In this document: piece by piece, positions 21,414-30,057 of the stretch
How positions within the stretch are numbered: the stretch's first letter is position 1
Layout: each line of letters begins with the position of its first letter
Assembly (NCBI GenBank): GCA_965248445.1
Contig: CBDFJG010000003.1
Location: 1,728,001-1,792,000, forward strand
DNA length: 64,000 nt
Source of the DNA: Planctomycetota bacterium
Lineage (GTDB): Bacteria > Planctomycetota > JAJSAM01 > JAJVHW01
Direction: 5' to 3'
Position numbers and translations under genes: made by a program
The notes under the pieces: model-generated
Databases searched by the model: none
What the model saw: the letters and a program-made list of their open reading frames with translations, nothing else
What the model was told of the DNA's origin: nothing

Positions 21414-23117
21414 CTAGCCTGCATAATTCATCACGCCACGCCCGGAACGTAGATTCGGGCGCACCGCGCATTGCATAAACTGTTGTTAGAGCAATAGTTA
21501 CACAGATGCGAGAGGTACGCCCGAGTGACGAATTCTACCCCACACACTGTCCGGTTTCCCGATCTCTTCGGGAAGGTCACCACGGCCGTGTTCGACGGCG
21601 AAGCGCACACGTCCGAGGGAGGCGCGGGACTGCTGCGCGCGGTGGACCGTCGAATGGGAGTGACCGCAGGTCTGGCTGCGCTGTTGGTGGATCGTCGTGA
21701 CCCGACGCGGGTGCAGCACTCGTTGGAGGAGCTCTTTCGGCAGCGCGTCTTCTCGATCGGCCTGGGCTACAGCGACCAGAACGACGCGGCTCGCGTGGGC
21801 ACCGACCCGATGCTCAAGGGGGTCACGGGCCGCGCGCCGATCAAGGGCGCCGACCTGGCGTCTCAGGCGACGCTGTCGCGCTTCGAGAACGCGGTCACGG
21901 CGCACGAGCTCGTGGCCTTGTCGCGCAAGCTCGAGGAGGACGTGATCGAGCGTCTTTGCGCTCGCCACCGGGGGGCCCGGCGCATCACGATCGACATGGA
22001 CCCGAGCTGTGACCCGACCCACGGTGCACAGCAGGGAGCGCTCTTCAACGGCTTCTACGACACGTGGTGCTACCTGCCGGTTTTCGGCTTCCTCACGGTC
22101 GACGGCGATCCGGAGCAGTACCTTTTCTGTGCGCGGCTGCGGCCGGGCAACGCGAAGGAGGGCCGCACGTCGCTGCGGACGATCCGCCGGATGGTGAAGC
22201 GACTTCGGCGTGCGTTTCCGCGCACGCAGATCCTCGTGCGCCTGGACAGCGGCTTCGCCGGCTCGCGGCTCTTCGACGCGCTGGACGAACTCGGCGTGAA
22301 GTACGTGGTCGGGATGCCCAAGAACAAGCGGCTCCTGGATCTGTGCGACGCCGAGATGACAGCGGCTGCGGTGCTGGCGGCGATGGAAGACAAGACGGCG
22401 CAGATCTACGGCGACTGCGAGTACCGGGCGAAGAGCTGGAGCAGGTCCCGCCGCGTGGTCTTCAAGGCGTAAGTGCTGGTCGCCACCGGGAAGGTGAACA
22501 AGGACAACGCGCGCTTCGTGGTCACCAACGTCTCGCGCAGCTACAAGCCCGAGACGACCTACTGCAAGACCTACTGCGGTCGCGGCGACGCCGAGAACCG
22601 CATCAAGGAACTCAAGGGTGGCCTGGCGGTGGATCGCACGAGCAACTCGAGCTTCCTGGCGAACCAGTTCCGCGTGCTGATGACCGCGGCGGCCTACGTA
22701 CTCTTCCAGGAGTTACGCTACCAGTTGCGCGGCACCACGGCCGCAGTCTGGCAGGTGCACACGATCCGCGAACGGCTGCTCAAGATCGGCGCCCGCGTCG
22801 TGGAATCGGTGCGCCGCGTCGTCGTGCATCTCGCGGCGGCCTGCCCATGGCGCGAGCTGTGGTGCCGCGTCGCGCGAAGGCTCGGCGCTGCGCCGGTCTG
22901 AGCGCAGCCGATGGCCAGAAGAACGACACGCTTCCGGCTACCGGTCCGTCCAGACCTCGTCCGCGCGGCGGCAAATGGACTTGAACGCCCCCTCGGAACG
23001 AAGATCCCGCCGTCCGAGACCCCGCCGACCTCGGTGAACGCCGCAAGTCGAGCGCCCGGGCGCTCGGACCGGCCGAGGGACGCCATCGCGAGCGTCGTCA
23101 TGAATAGTGCGGGCTAG
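21414..23117 (+). mobile_element. IS1380-family insertion sequence (element B, distinct from A), bounded by CTAG
   Basis: Left end CTAGCCTGCATAATTCATCACG matches right end reverse complement CTAGCCCGCACTATTCATGACG. Confidence 0.9.
21525..22901 (+). pseudogene. IS1380-family transposase with in-frame TAA at 22470-22472
   Basis: ORFs 21525..22472 and 22473..22901 are in frame. RRVVFKA*VL corresponds to RRVVAKAEHL in element A, consistent with GAA->TAA. YCGRGDAENRIKE follows the stop. Confidence 0.9.
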
Positions 23118-23264
23118 CGGCATGGCCCGGCGTACCCGGGCGATGTGCTTACCTGGCAAGAGGTTACACAGATGGGCGCCGGGCGCAAGGTGCGGCGTGC
23201 CGCGGCGCACGCGGGCGTCGCGCGGGCCGGGATCTGTGGTTCATGTGGTTCTTGGGGCTCGAGG

Positions 23265-23590
23265 TCAGAACGGCCCGCCCTCGAGCAGCGTGGTAGCGGT
23301 CCCGCGGATCGGCAGCCACAGGTAGGCGAAGTAGGCCCCCAGCAGGAGCGCCACGGTCATGCAGCCGGTGAAGAAGGCCACGTAGGCTACATGCTGGGAC
23401 CAGCGGCGGAATCCCATGTCCCGCCACTCCTCGCGTATCTCGTCGGCCCATCGAGTCCCGGAGAAGGCGAGCGCGCAGACGGCCGCTGACGCGAGTGCCG
23501 TGCCAGCGGTGGTCAAGAGGGACGTCCGGAACCACCAGGTGATGAGCCCGAAGGTCGCCACGAGCGCCAACGCGGCGCCGCGCACGGCGA
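23265..23590 (-). CDS. Small membrane protein (about 3 hydrophobic segments); start uncertain
   Basis: AALALVATFGLITWW..., AVCALAFS, YVAFFTGCMTVALLLGAYFAYLWLP; lies directly downstream of the HTH gene. Confidence 0.55.
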
Positions 23591-23812
23591 CTACCGTCCC
23601 CTGAGAAAGTCGCGGATGGCGTCGATGACGAAGGGGTTTCTGGGCCGGCTCCGGTGCTCCGGGTCGGCCGCCTCCCACCGGGCCAGGGTACGGAGTCCGA
23701 CTCGGAACAGGGCCGCGGCCTGCGCCTGGGTCATGTCCCGCGCAGCACGTTCGTCGCGCAGCGCGGCCACGAGCTCCTCGCCGGGCGGGAGCCCGTGTCG
23801 TGGCAGTTTCAC
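23591..23812 (-). CDS. Small XRE/Cro-like helix-turn-helix protein
   Basis: LRDERAARDMTQAQAAALFRVGLRTLARWE matches the XRE HTH pattern; GTG at 23812. Confidence 0.8.
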   Translation of the reverse strand: MKLPRHGLPPGEELVAALRDERAARDMTQAQAAALFRVGLRTLARWEAADPEHRSRPRNPFVIDAIRDFLRGR

Positions 23813-23895
23813 ACGGCGTCGGCGGGGCACGGGCAGGAGTGTAGTCACGCATCCGACCCGCCTGGCGAGCGCAACGGAAGCGCGGAGGGCGAATA

Positions 23896-23934
23896 TGCCA
23901 ATTGGCAGACGGCAATGTGGCACGCCATGTGGCA
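23896..23934. promoter_or_regulatory. Three operator-like 12-bp sites between divergent HTH genes
   Basis: TGCCAATTGGCA (23896-23907, perfect palindrome), GGCAATGTGGCA (23911-23922), CGCCATGTGGCA (23923-23934). Confidence 0.5.
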
Positions 23935-24031
23935 GACTCGCCGGTCAAGAAATGAGAGAGGGCCCGTCACGGCGTGGTGCGCCATCGACGGGCCCGGTTG
24001 CACACCCAACGGTACGGAAGGGAGCACGGGG

Positions 24032-25554
24032 ATGACGGTACACGACGAGACGACAGGGTTTCAACACGGTTCTCCACAGCCGCGCGCGCTGCAGTTCGAC
24101 GGCGGGGCGCTGCGATCGCGGCGAGAGGCGGCGAACGTGTCCGTCGACGAGGCGGTCCAGCTCATGAAAGCGGTGGCCGCGCCGGGCTCCGAGGAGGACC
24201 CCGAACGGAGCCTCCGGTTGACTCTCGGCCTCGCCGAGCTCGGGAGCCAGCCCCTGCACCTGGCCCACTTCCGGGCCCTGGTGCTGCGCATCGACTGTGA
24301 GCCGAGCGATCTGTACCGGGACGCGGGCGAGTGGCGGGTCGATGGGACTGACTTCGGTGCGACGAGCACCCGCGTGGGCACGTCGCAGAAGGACTTCGCC
24401 GCACTGACCGGAGTCTCGCTCGACTTGGTGCAGCGCATGGAGAGCGAGAGGGCCGGCGAGTGCACGCTGAACGAGTTCCTCGCCTACACGATGGCGACGG
24501 GGGAGCACGACCTCGACGAAGTGCTTGAGCAGTGCATCCAGATCTTGAACGTCTCGTGGACCGGCGAGGGGGAGGAGTGGCCGATGCGCTGCTCCGGGAT
24601 GGACGACGAGTTGCGCGCCGAGTACGGGTACGAGGAGCCGGCCCCAGCGAAGCCGCCCCGTCCGAACGGTCGCGCCCTCAAGCGCAACGTGAGCGCGTTC
24701 CAGCGGTTCCTCGACGACGCGCGCATGTCGCGCGAGGAGTTCTTCGCGGACTCTGGCTTCAACTGCGCCAGGAAGACCCACGACGGGTGCGGCACGATCG
24801 ACAGCCTCCGGGGCTGGTTCGAGGAGGGCGCCATTCTGGACTGGTGCGCGTCCATCATGTGCGAGGTGCTGGATCGCAAGTGGGGCGACCAGTTCCACGA
24901 CATCGGCGAGTGGCAGCTGGACGGGACCTCGTACGCGCTTCATCGCGCCCGGTTCACCATCTCGGACGAGGAGTTCCTCGACGCCTGCGGCCTGGATGCA
25001 TCCGTCGTCGCGGAGATCGAGGGGCCGAAGCTCGGCGAGGCGCGCTACCGCGATGTGCGGCCGCGCTCTTTCCCGACACGAACGTCCACAAGGCGATGGA
25101 GGACTTCACCGGTGAAGGGCACCGCTCGATTCGCGCCTTCTGTCCCGGCTTCGACAAGGACAGCGAGTCGGCCGTACTCCGGCTTCGTGATCTCGCTCGG
25201 CAGATCGCACTCGCGCTGCGGGACGATGGTTCACCGTGGGATGGCGATCGCTGGTGGCGCATCATCACCGACACGATCTTCCACGACATCGACGAGACGG
25301 CGTACATGCCAGCGTTGCAGCGCACGATGGTCGAGAACGGCTTGCTCCCCGCGCACCCCGCCGACGACGAGACGATCTCACTCGCCCGCTTCCGTGTCAG
25401 CATCCGGCGCATGGCGGGGGCGGCCGGGATGAGCGACGCTGCGATCGACGAGTTGATCGACGCCACACCGGATCATCCCGTGCGCGGTCGTCAGCCGGGC
25501 GTGCAAGCGGTGCTTGAGGACAAGGGCGTGCTCCCGACGTACCCTTCGACCTGA
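24032..25554 (+). CDS. Multi-HTH (XRE-like) repeat protein with a frameshift at ~25057
   Basis: ATG at 24032 after GGAG. Repeated units DAGEWRVDGTDF..TSQKDFAALTGVSLDLVQRME and DIGEWQLDGTSY..ISDEEFLDACGLDASVVAEIE. The C-terminus continues in the frame of ORF 24532..25554 (AALFPDTNVHK...). Confidence 0.6.
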
Positions 25555-25713
25555 TCCCCTCGGGAGGTTCCTGGAGTGCCTCCCTCCCCGCGGCGTCGGC
25601 GCCTCATGCGTCGGCGCCGCACTACCGGGCCGACTTGGCATCCAGCGCCAATCGACACACTCCCCAGGCCCAAGCGGCAACACCGAGCGCGAACAAGATG
25701 CGATCCCAGGGCA

Positions 25714-26019
25714 TCAGCGCCCCTCCTTCAACTCCTCGATGCCCTCCAGCACCTGCGCGTTGACCGCGCGTTGCTCCTGCCATCGTTCCTCCTGGCGAGC
25801 CCATCTCTCGCTCTGTACGGCGTGGTACGTCTCGAGCGTATCGAGGCGATCGTCCGCGCCGATGTGCGCCGGCGCGCGCTCGTGGTCGTCGAGATCATCG
25901 ACGACACCGTCTACCTTCGACTGCACGGTCACGAACGCCGACACGCCCGCAGCGCCAGCGAGTATCCACGGGAGCATCTCCTTCCAACGGACGGGTGTCG
26001 GTGTCTTCGCCGCGACCAT
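25714..26019 (-). CDS. Small protein with N-terminal TM and coiled-coil tail (phage holin/XhlA-like architecture)
   Basis: MLPWILAGAAGVSAFVTVQ hydrophobic segment followed by a charged helical tail; GAGGAGG Shine-Dalgarno upstream. Confidence 0.6.
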   Translation of the reverse strand: MVAAKTPTPVRWKEMLPWILAGAAGVSAFVTVQSKVDGVVDDLDDHERAPAHIGADDRLDTLETYHAVQSERWARQEERWQEQRAVNAQVLEGIEELKEGR

Positions 26020-26043
26020 GTTGAGCCTCCTCGTGGTCCGGTT

Positions 26044-26238
26044 CTACGTACGGCCAGCGGCGAGAATGTCAGCCGCCCTTGCGGCCATCGCCGTGCGCTC
26101 CTCCATCGTCGCGTCGTCGCGGACGGTGAGCAGGACGACGCGCTCTCGGATGAGCACGTTGCCCCCCGTGAGGAAAGCGCCGAACTCGGTGTCCGTGATG
26201 ACGAGTACCGAGTCGGCCTTGATCTGTACGGACGCCAC
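26044..26238 (-). CDS. Small hypothetical protein (phage-like cluster)
   Basis: VASVQIKADSVLVITDTEFGAFLTGGNVLIRERVVLLTVRDDATMEERT..., with biased codons, packed between neighbouring small ORFs. Confidence 0.45.
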   Translation of the reverse strand: MASVQIKADSVLVITDTEFGAFLTGGNVLIRERVVLLTVRDDATMEERTAMAARAADILAAGRT

Positions 26239-26242
26239 CGCC

Positions 26243-26554
26243 CTACCTGACGACCGGCTGCCCGCTCGCGGGGTCGATCTCTGGCGGCGGCGGCGGCGTC
26301 TCGGTCCGAGACCTGTCGTCGCTACCTGTTCCAGCGCCATCGCCACTTCCACCGCTGACGCCACCACCAGTCTTGGCCTTGCTGAGATCGGTCGCGAACG
26401 TCGCAGTCGGCGTCGCGGTGTCGCTCTTGCCCTGGACGCCCGAGCCCTCCTGGGAGCCCTGCGTGCCCTGCTCCTGGTTCGCCGTGATCGTGCCGAAGTT
26501 CAGGACGAGCGGACCGCTCGCGCCCTCTTCCTCGATCTCGATCTCGACGGCGTT
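26243..26554 (-). pseudogene. Gene remnant lacking its 5' end (low-complexity G/S/T/P-rich C-terminus)
   Basis: Open frame NAVEIEIEEEGASGPLVLNFGTITANQEQGTQGSQEGSG...TETPPPPPEIDPASGQPVVR* has no start codon and is preceded by TAG at 26555-26557. Confidence 0.55.
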
Positions 26555-27188
26555 CTACTTCCCCGAAGAGGGCGCGTACGAGGCGACCGAGCGGTCGATC
26601 GAGCGAGTCGATAGCGTGCTCGACCGCACATTCGATGTTGAGAAGCTCCTCCCGTACGCGCGCATCTACGCCCGCGCCGGAGCCAAGACGGACAAGCTCA
26701 CGAAGAGGACCGCCAAGACCGCGGCCCGGCAGCCGAGCACTCTGACCCTCCTGATCGACGGCCAGCCCGTCTCGGCCAATCAGTTCCACGCGGTGTGGAC
26801 GACTGACGCCGACGGGAACACGCGCCTGACCGGCGGCGGCAGTGCCCGCCCTTCCGCTGCACCCGACCCGGACGCCTGCGTCACGTTCGGCACCGAGGAG
26901 AACATGGAGGAGGAGGACTTCTTCGACATCGACCCCGAGTTCGATCCGAACGGCGCCTTCGCCTCGCTCCAGGTGTCTGCGGCCGTCTCGCCCGATGGCG
27001 TCGCGCATGACTTCACCGCCACCGCGGGGGATCTGGATATCGCGTTCCTCGGCCTGGAGTTCGGGATCATCGAAGGCGAGTTCGAGTTCACCGGCACCGA
27101 GGGCGACCCGGACGACCCGGACGCCGAGGTCGAGATCACCGAGGGCACGTTCCTGATCTTCGGCGTCCAGTTCGTGGACGAGCGCTAG
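26553..27188 (+). pseudogene. 3' portion of a hypothetical acidic, beta-rich protein lacking its 5' end
   Basis: Plus-strand codon bias begins only at ~26553 (FYFPEEGAYEATERSIERV...EITEGTFLIFGVQFVDER*); upstream of this the frame is the antisense shadow of the minus-strand remnant. Confidence 0.55.
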
Positions 27189-27772
27189 GACCTGCGGAAG
27201 CCCGCGAACAGACCGGCGCCGGAGGTCACCCCGGACGGCAGGCTGCCCTTGATGAACTCGAGGAACTGACCGCCCTTGCCTTCGAGGGAATCGGCGAGCG
27301 CCTTCAGATCGTCGGACCACGTCTCGAACGGCAGGTCCAACACGCCGAGCGCGTTCAGCGCGAACAACCCGCCTGTGACGGTGAGCAGCACGATGATCCC
27401 GACCTTGATCGCCTTGCGCATCAGGTACGCGACCAGGAAGGCGATGAGGAAGCTCAGCCCGCACTTCATCAGGAATCCGGAGACCCCGGACCAGACCTTC
27501 GATTCGGTCTCTTCCGTGTCCGCCTCGCCCGCGACCTCTATCGGCGCGACCTCCATGAGAGCCGGATGCAACTCGGAGTTCGCGCGCTCGTTCGCCTCGG
27601 TCGGTGAGAACGTGTCGCCCCAGCCGCCGAACACCGTGCGAACGCCGATCCCTGCGATGAGCGCGAACACGGCCAGGCGCAGCATGCCTTTGCGCCACCA
27701 CGAGAACTCGGAGTAGTCCTCGCGCCAGCCGGCTACCCACTCAGTCGGGTTCACGATGTCGGAAAGTCCCAT
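27185..27772 (-). CDS. FUN14-like membrane protein
   Basis: GLSFLIAFLVAYLMRKAIKVGIIVL..GGLFALNALG.L...LPSG...AGLFAGFRR pattern. Confidence 0.7.
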   Translation of the reverse strand: MGLSDIVNPTEWVAGWREDYSEFSWWRKGMLRLAVFALIAGIGVRTVFGGWGDTFSPTEANERANSELHPALMEVAPIEVAGEADTEETESKVWSGVSGFLMKCGLSFLIAFLVAYLMRKAIKVGIIVLLTVTGGLFALNALGVLDLPFETWSDDLKALADSLEGKGGQFLEFIKGSLPSGVTSGAGLFAGFRRS

Positions 27773-27830
27773 CGGCGGGAGTCTCTCCGCCTGCCGCCCG
27801 CACCCGTAGACTTTCCGGCGAGGAGGGGGC

Positions 27831-29213
27831 ATGCCCGCCATTCCCGTCGTGGTCACCGGCGTCGGCCCGGTCAGCGCTATCGGTTGCGGTCGCAACGCGT
27901 TCTGGGACGCGTTGGTCGCCGGTCGTCACGGGTTCGGGCCCGTCACGCTCTGCGATGTCTCGAAGTCTCCGGCCAAGATCGGCGCTGAGATCGAGGACTT
28001 CCGCCTGGAGCATTACGTGGTGAAGGGCGGCTTGATGGCCCGACACACTCCTCGCCCCGTGCAGATCGGCCTGGCCGCGGCGGTGCTCGCGCTGCACGAC
28101 GCGGAACTCGACCTCGACGGCTGCGATCCGGACCGCCTGGGCGTCCACGTCGGGACGTCGATCGGGAACATGGGCGACGTCATCGCGCTGACGGAGCGAT
28201 ACGGGCGGACGGGCGGCCTGCCGCCCCACGCCGCGTTCCATGCGTTCTCGCACTCGACCGCCTGCGTGTTGTCGTCATTCTTCAACATCCGCGGGCCCAT
28301 CCACACGACCACGTCCGGCTGCAATTCGGGGCTCGACGCCCTCGGCCAGTCGATGCGGATGATCCAGGTTGGAGCGGTCGACGCGATGCTGGTCGTCGGC
28401 ACCGATTGCGAACTCGTGCCCGAGGTGATGGCTGCGCTGAACGCGTCGGGGTCGCTCGCGACGACGTTCAACGACGACCCCGGGCGCGCCTCCCGGCCGT
28501 TCGACCGCGATCGAGACGGCAACGTGATCGGGGAGGGCGCGGCCGCGCTGCTCCTCGAGTCCGAGCCGCACGCGGCGGCTCGCAGTGCGCGCATGTACGC
28601 ACGCATGAAGGGCTACAGCGTGTGCGCGGCGGGGCAGAACCGCCAGTACAGCCACGACTCGCCGGAGGTCGACATCCGGCCGTGCGCGCGCGCGTTCCGC
28701 GGCGCGATGGGCGAGGCCGGCTGGAAGCTCGGTGACGTGGACGTCATCAACGCGAACGGGTCCTCGTCCAAGATCTACGACCGGATGGAGTCCCTCGCAC
28801 TCGCGGAGACGTTCGGCGATGCGCTCCCGCTCATCCCGTTGCACTCGCAGAAGTCGATGCTGGGACAACATGGCGCAGGATCCAGCGCGCTGCAGGCGGT
28901 CGCAGCTTGCTTGACCCTGCGCCGCGGCACGATCTTCCCTACCATCAACCACGACAACCCCGATCCCGAGTGCGCGCCGATGCGCGTCATCACGGAGCCG
29001 ATCGATCTCTGGCCCCGCACTGCGTTGGTCCACTCGATCGGCCTTGGCGGCTTCTACTATTCGGTGGGCGCGTTCGAGACGACGCGTGACGACGACGCAG
29101 CGGTCACCGGCATCCACCAGGTCAAGTGGAGCGAACTGCAACACAAGCGCTTCAAGCCGGCCGACGAGTTCCAGAAGATGCTCGAGCCATGGGAGGCGCG
29201 CAGCGACGACTGA
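27831..29213 (+). CDS. Beta-ketoacyl-ACP synthase family (FabF-like) protein with atypical active site
   Basis: VVVTGVGPVSAIG, GTSIG, TSGCNSG (catalytic Cys), SRPFDRDRDG..GEGAAALLLE, KSMLG; the His positions read NANGS and GQH. Confidence 0.88.
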   Translation: MPAIPVVVTGVGPVSAIGCGRNAFWDALVAGRHGFGPVTLCDVSKSPAKIGAEIEDFRLEHYVVKGGLMARHTPRPVQIGLAAAVLALHDAELDLDGCDPDRLGVHVGTSIGNMGDVIALTERYGRTGGLPPHAAFHAFSHSTACVLSSFFNIRGPIHTTTSGCNSGLDALGQSMRMIQVGAVDAMLVVGTDCELVPEVMAALNASGSLATTFNDDPGRASRPFDRDRDGNVIGEGAAALLLESEPHAAARSARMYARMKGYSVCAAGQNRQYSHDSPEVDIRPCARAFRGAMGEAGWKLGDVDVINANGSSSKIYDRMESLALAETFGDALPLIPLHSQKSMLGQHGAGSSALQAVAACLTLRRGTIFPTINHDNPDPECAPMRVITEPIDLWPRTALVHSIGLGGFYYSVGAFETTRDDDAAVTGIHQVKWSELQHKRFKPADEFQKMLEPWEARSDD

Positions 29214-29915
29214 CTACTGCGGGTTCGTGGCCCAGAGCGTGGCGTCGGTCACGAAGCCGCGGTCGTGCAGTGCGAGCAGTTCCACGATCACGTGCGCGAC
29301 GTCCTCGGAGTGGAGCTTGCTCGGGTTGTCGGGGCGGGGATTGTCGCCTGTGCGACCGAACTCGGTGATGACCTCGCTCGGGTTGACCTGCATGACCCGG
29401 ACGTCCTGCTTGCGGAGTTCCGCCCGCCAACACTCCGTCAACGCCGACAGTGCGAACTTGCTGGCTGCGTATGCGGTGCCCCCCGGGAAGCCCTTGTTGG
29501 CCGCCGTGGAGCCGATGTTGACGATGCTCCCGCCGCCGTGGGCCACGAAGTGCTGCGCCGACTCGCGCGCGACCAGCATCGCGCCGACCACGTTCACCCG
29601 CAGCACCTCCGCCATCCGGTCCGGATCGCAGTCGAGGAGCGGCGCGAAGTAGCCGATCGCAGCGTTGTTGATCAGGACGTTGTATCCGCCGAGTTGCTCG
29701 ACGGTCGCGGCGACGAGTCGCTGCACGTCGCCGAGGTCGCTCACGTCCGCTTGGATCGCGGCGACTCCGAACTCCGAGGCGGCGGCATGCAGCGGCCCCT
29801 GGCGTCGTCCGCACACCGCTACCTTGGCTCCGCGGTCGGCGAGCAGCCGCGCCGTGGCGAGTCCGATGCCGGTCCCGCCGCCGGTCACCAGTACCTTCGC
29901 GTCGTTGATCTCCAT
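29214..29915 (-). CDS. Short-chain dehydrogenase/reductase
   Basis: TGGGTGIG, LINNAAI, YAASK. Confidence 0.92.
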   Translation of the reverse strand: MEINDAKVLVTGGGTGIGLATARLLADRGAKVAVCGRRQGPLHAAASEFGVAAIQADVSDLGDVQRLVAATVEQLGGYNVLINNAAIGYFAPLLDCDPDRMAEVLRVNVVGAMLVARESAQHFVAHGGGSIVNIGSTAANKGFPGGTAYAASKFALSALTECWRAELRKQDVRVMQVNPSEVITEFGRTGDNPRPDNPSKLHSEDVAHVIVELLALHDRGFVTDATLWATNPQ

Positions 29916-30057
29916 CGCCCCTCCTACGTCGGCCGCATTGCGGCCGTTGACACTGGCCCGGGTCCACAGAAGTGGAACACAATGCCGGTGAGAGGGGGGT
30001 GAGATGAAGCGTCGGCTCCTACGTGGCGTGCGATCAGCGTGAAGTAGACGGCTCCAG

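Noticed and set aside
22470..22472. Recoding at the in-frame stop of IS1380 element B
   Set aside because: The stop is TAA at a position that is Glu in element A, so a simple GAA->TAA nonsense change explains it; it is not Sec or Pyl.
23140..23175. GTTACACAGATG shared with the left region of IS1380 element B (~21497), suggesting another IS end
   Set aside because: The match is only 12 bp, with no partner inverted repeat or transposase; insufficient support.
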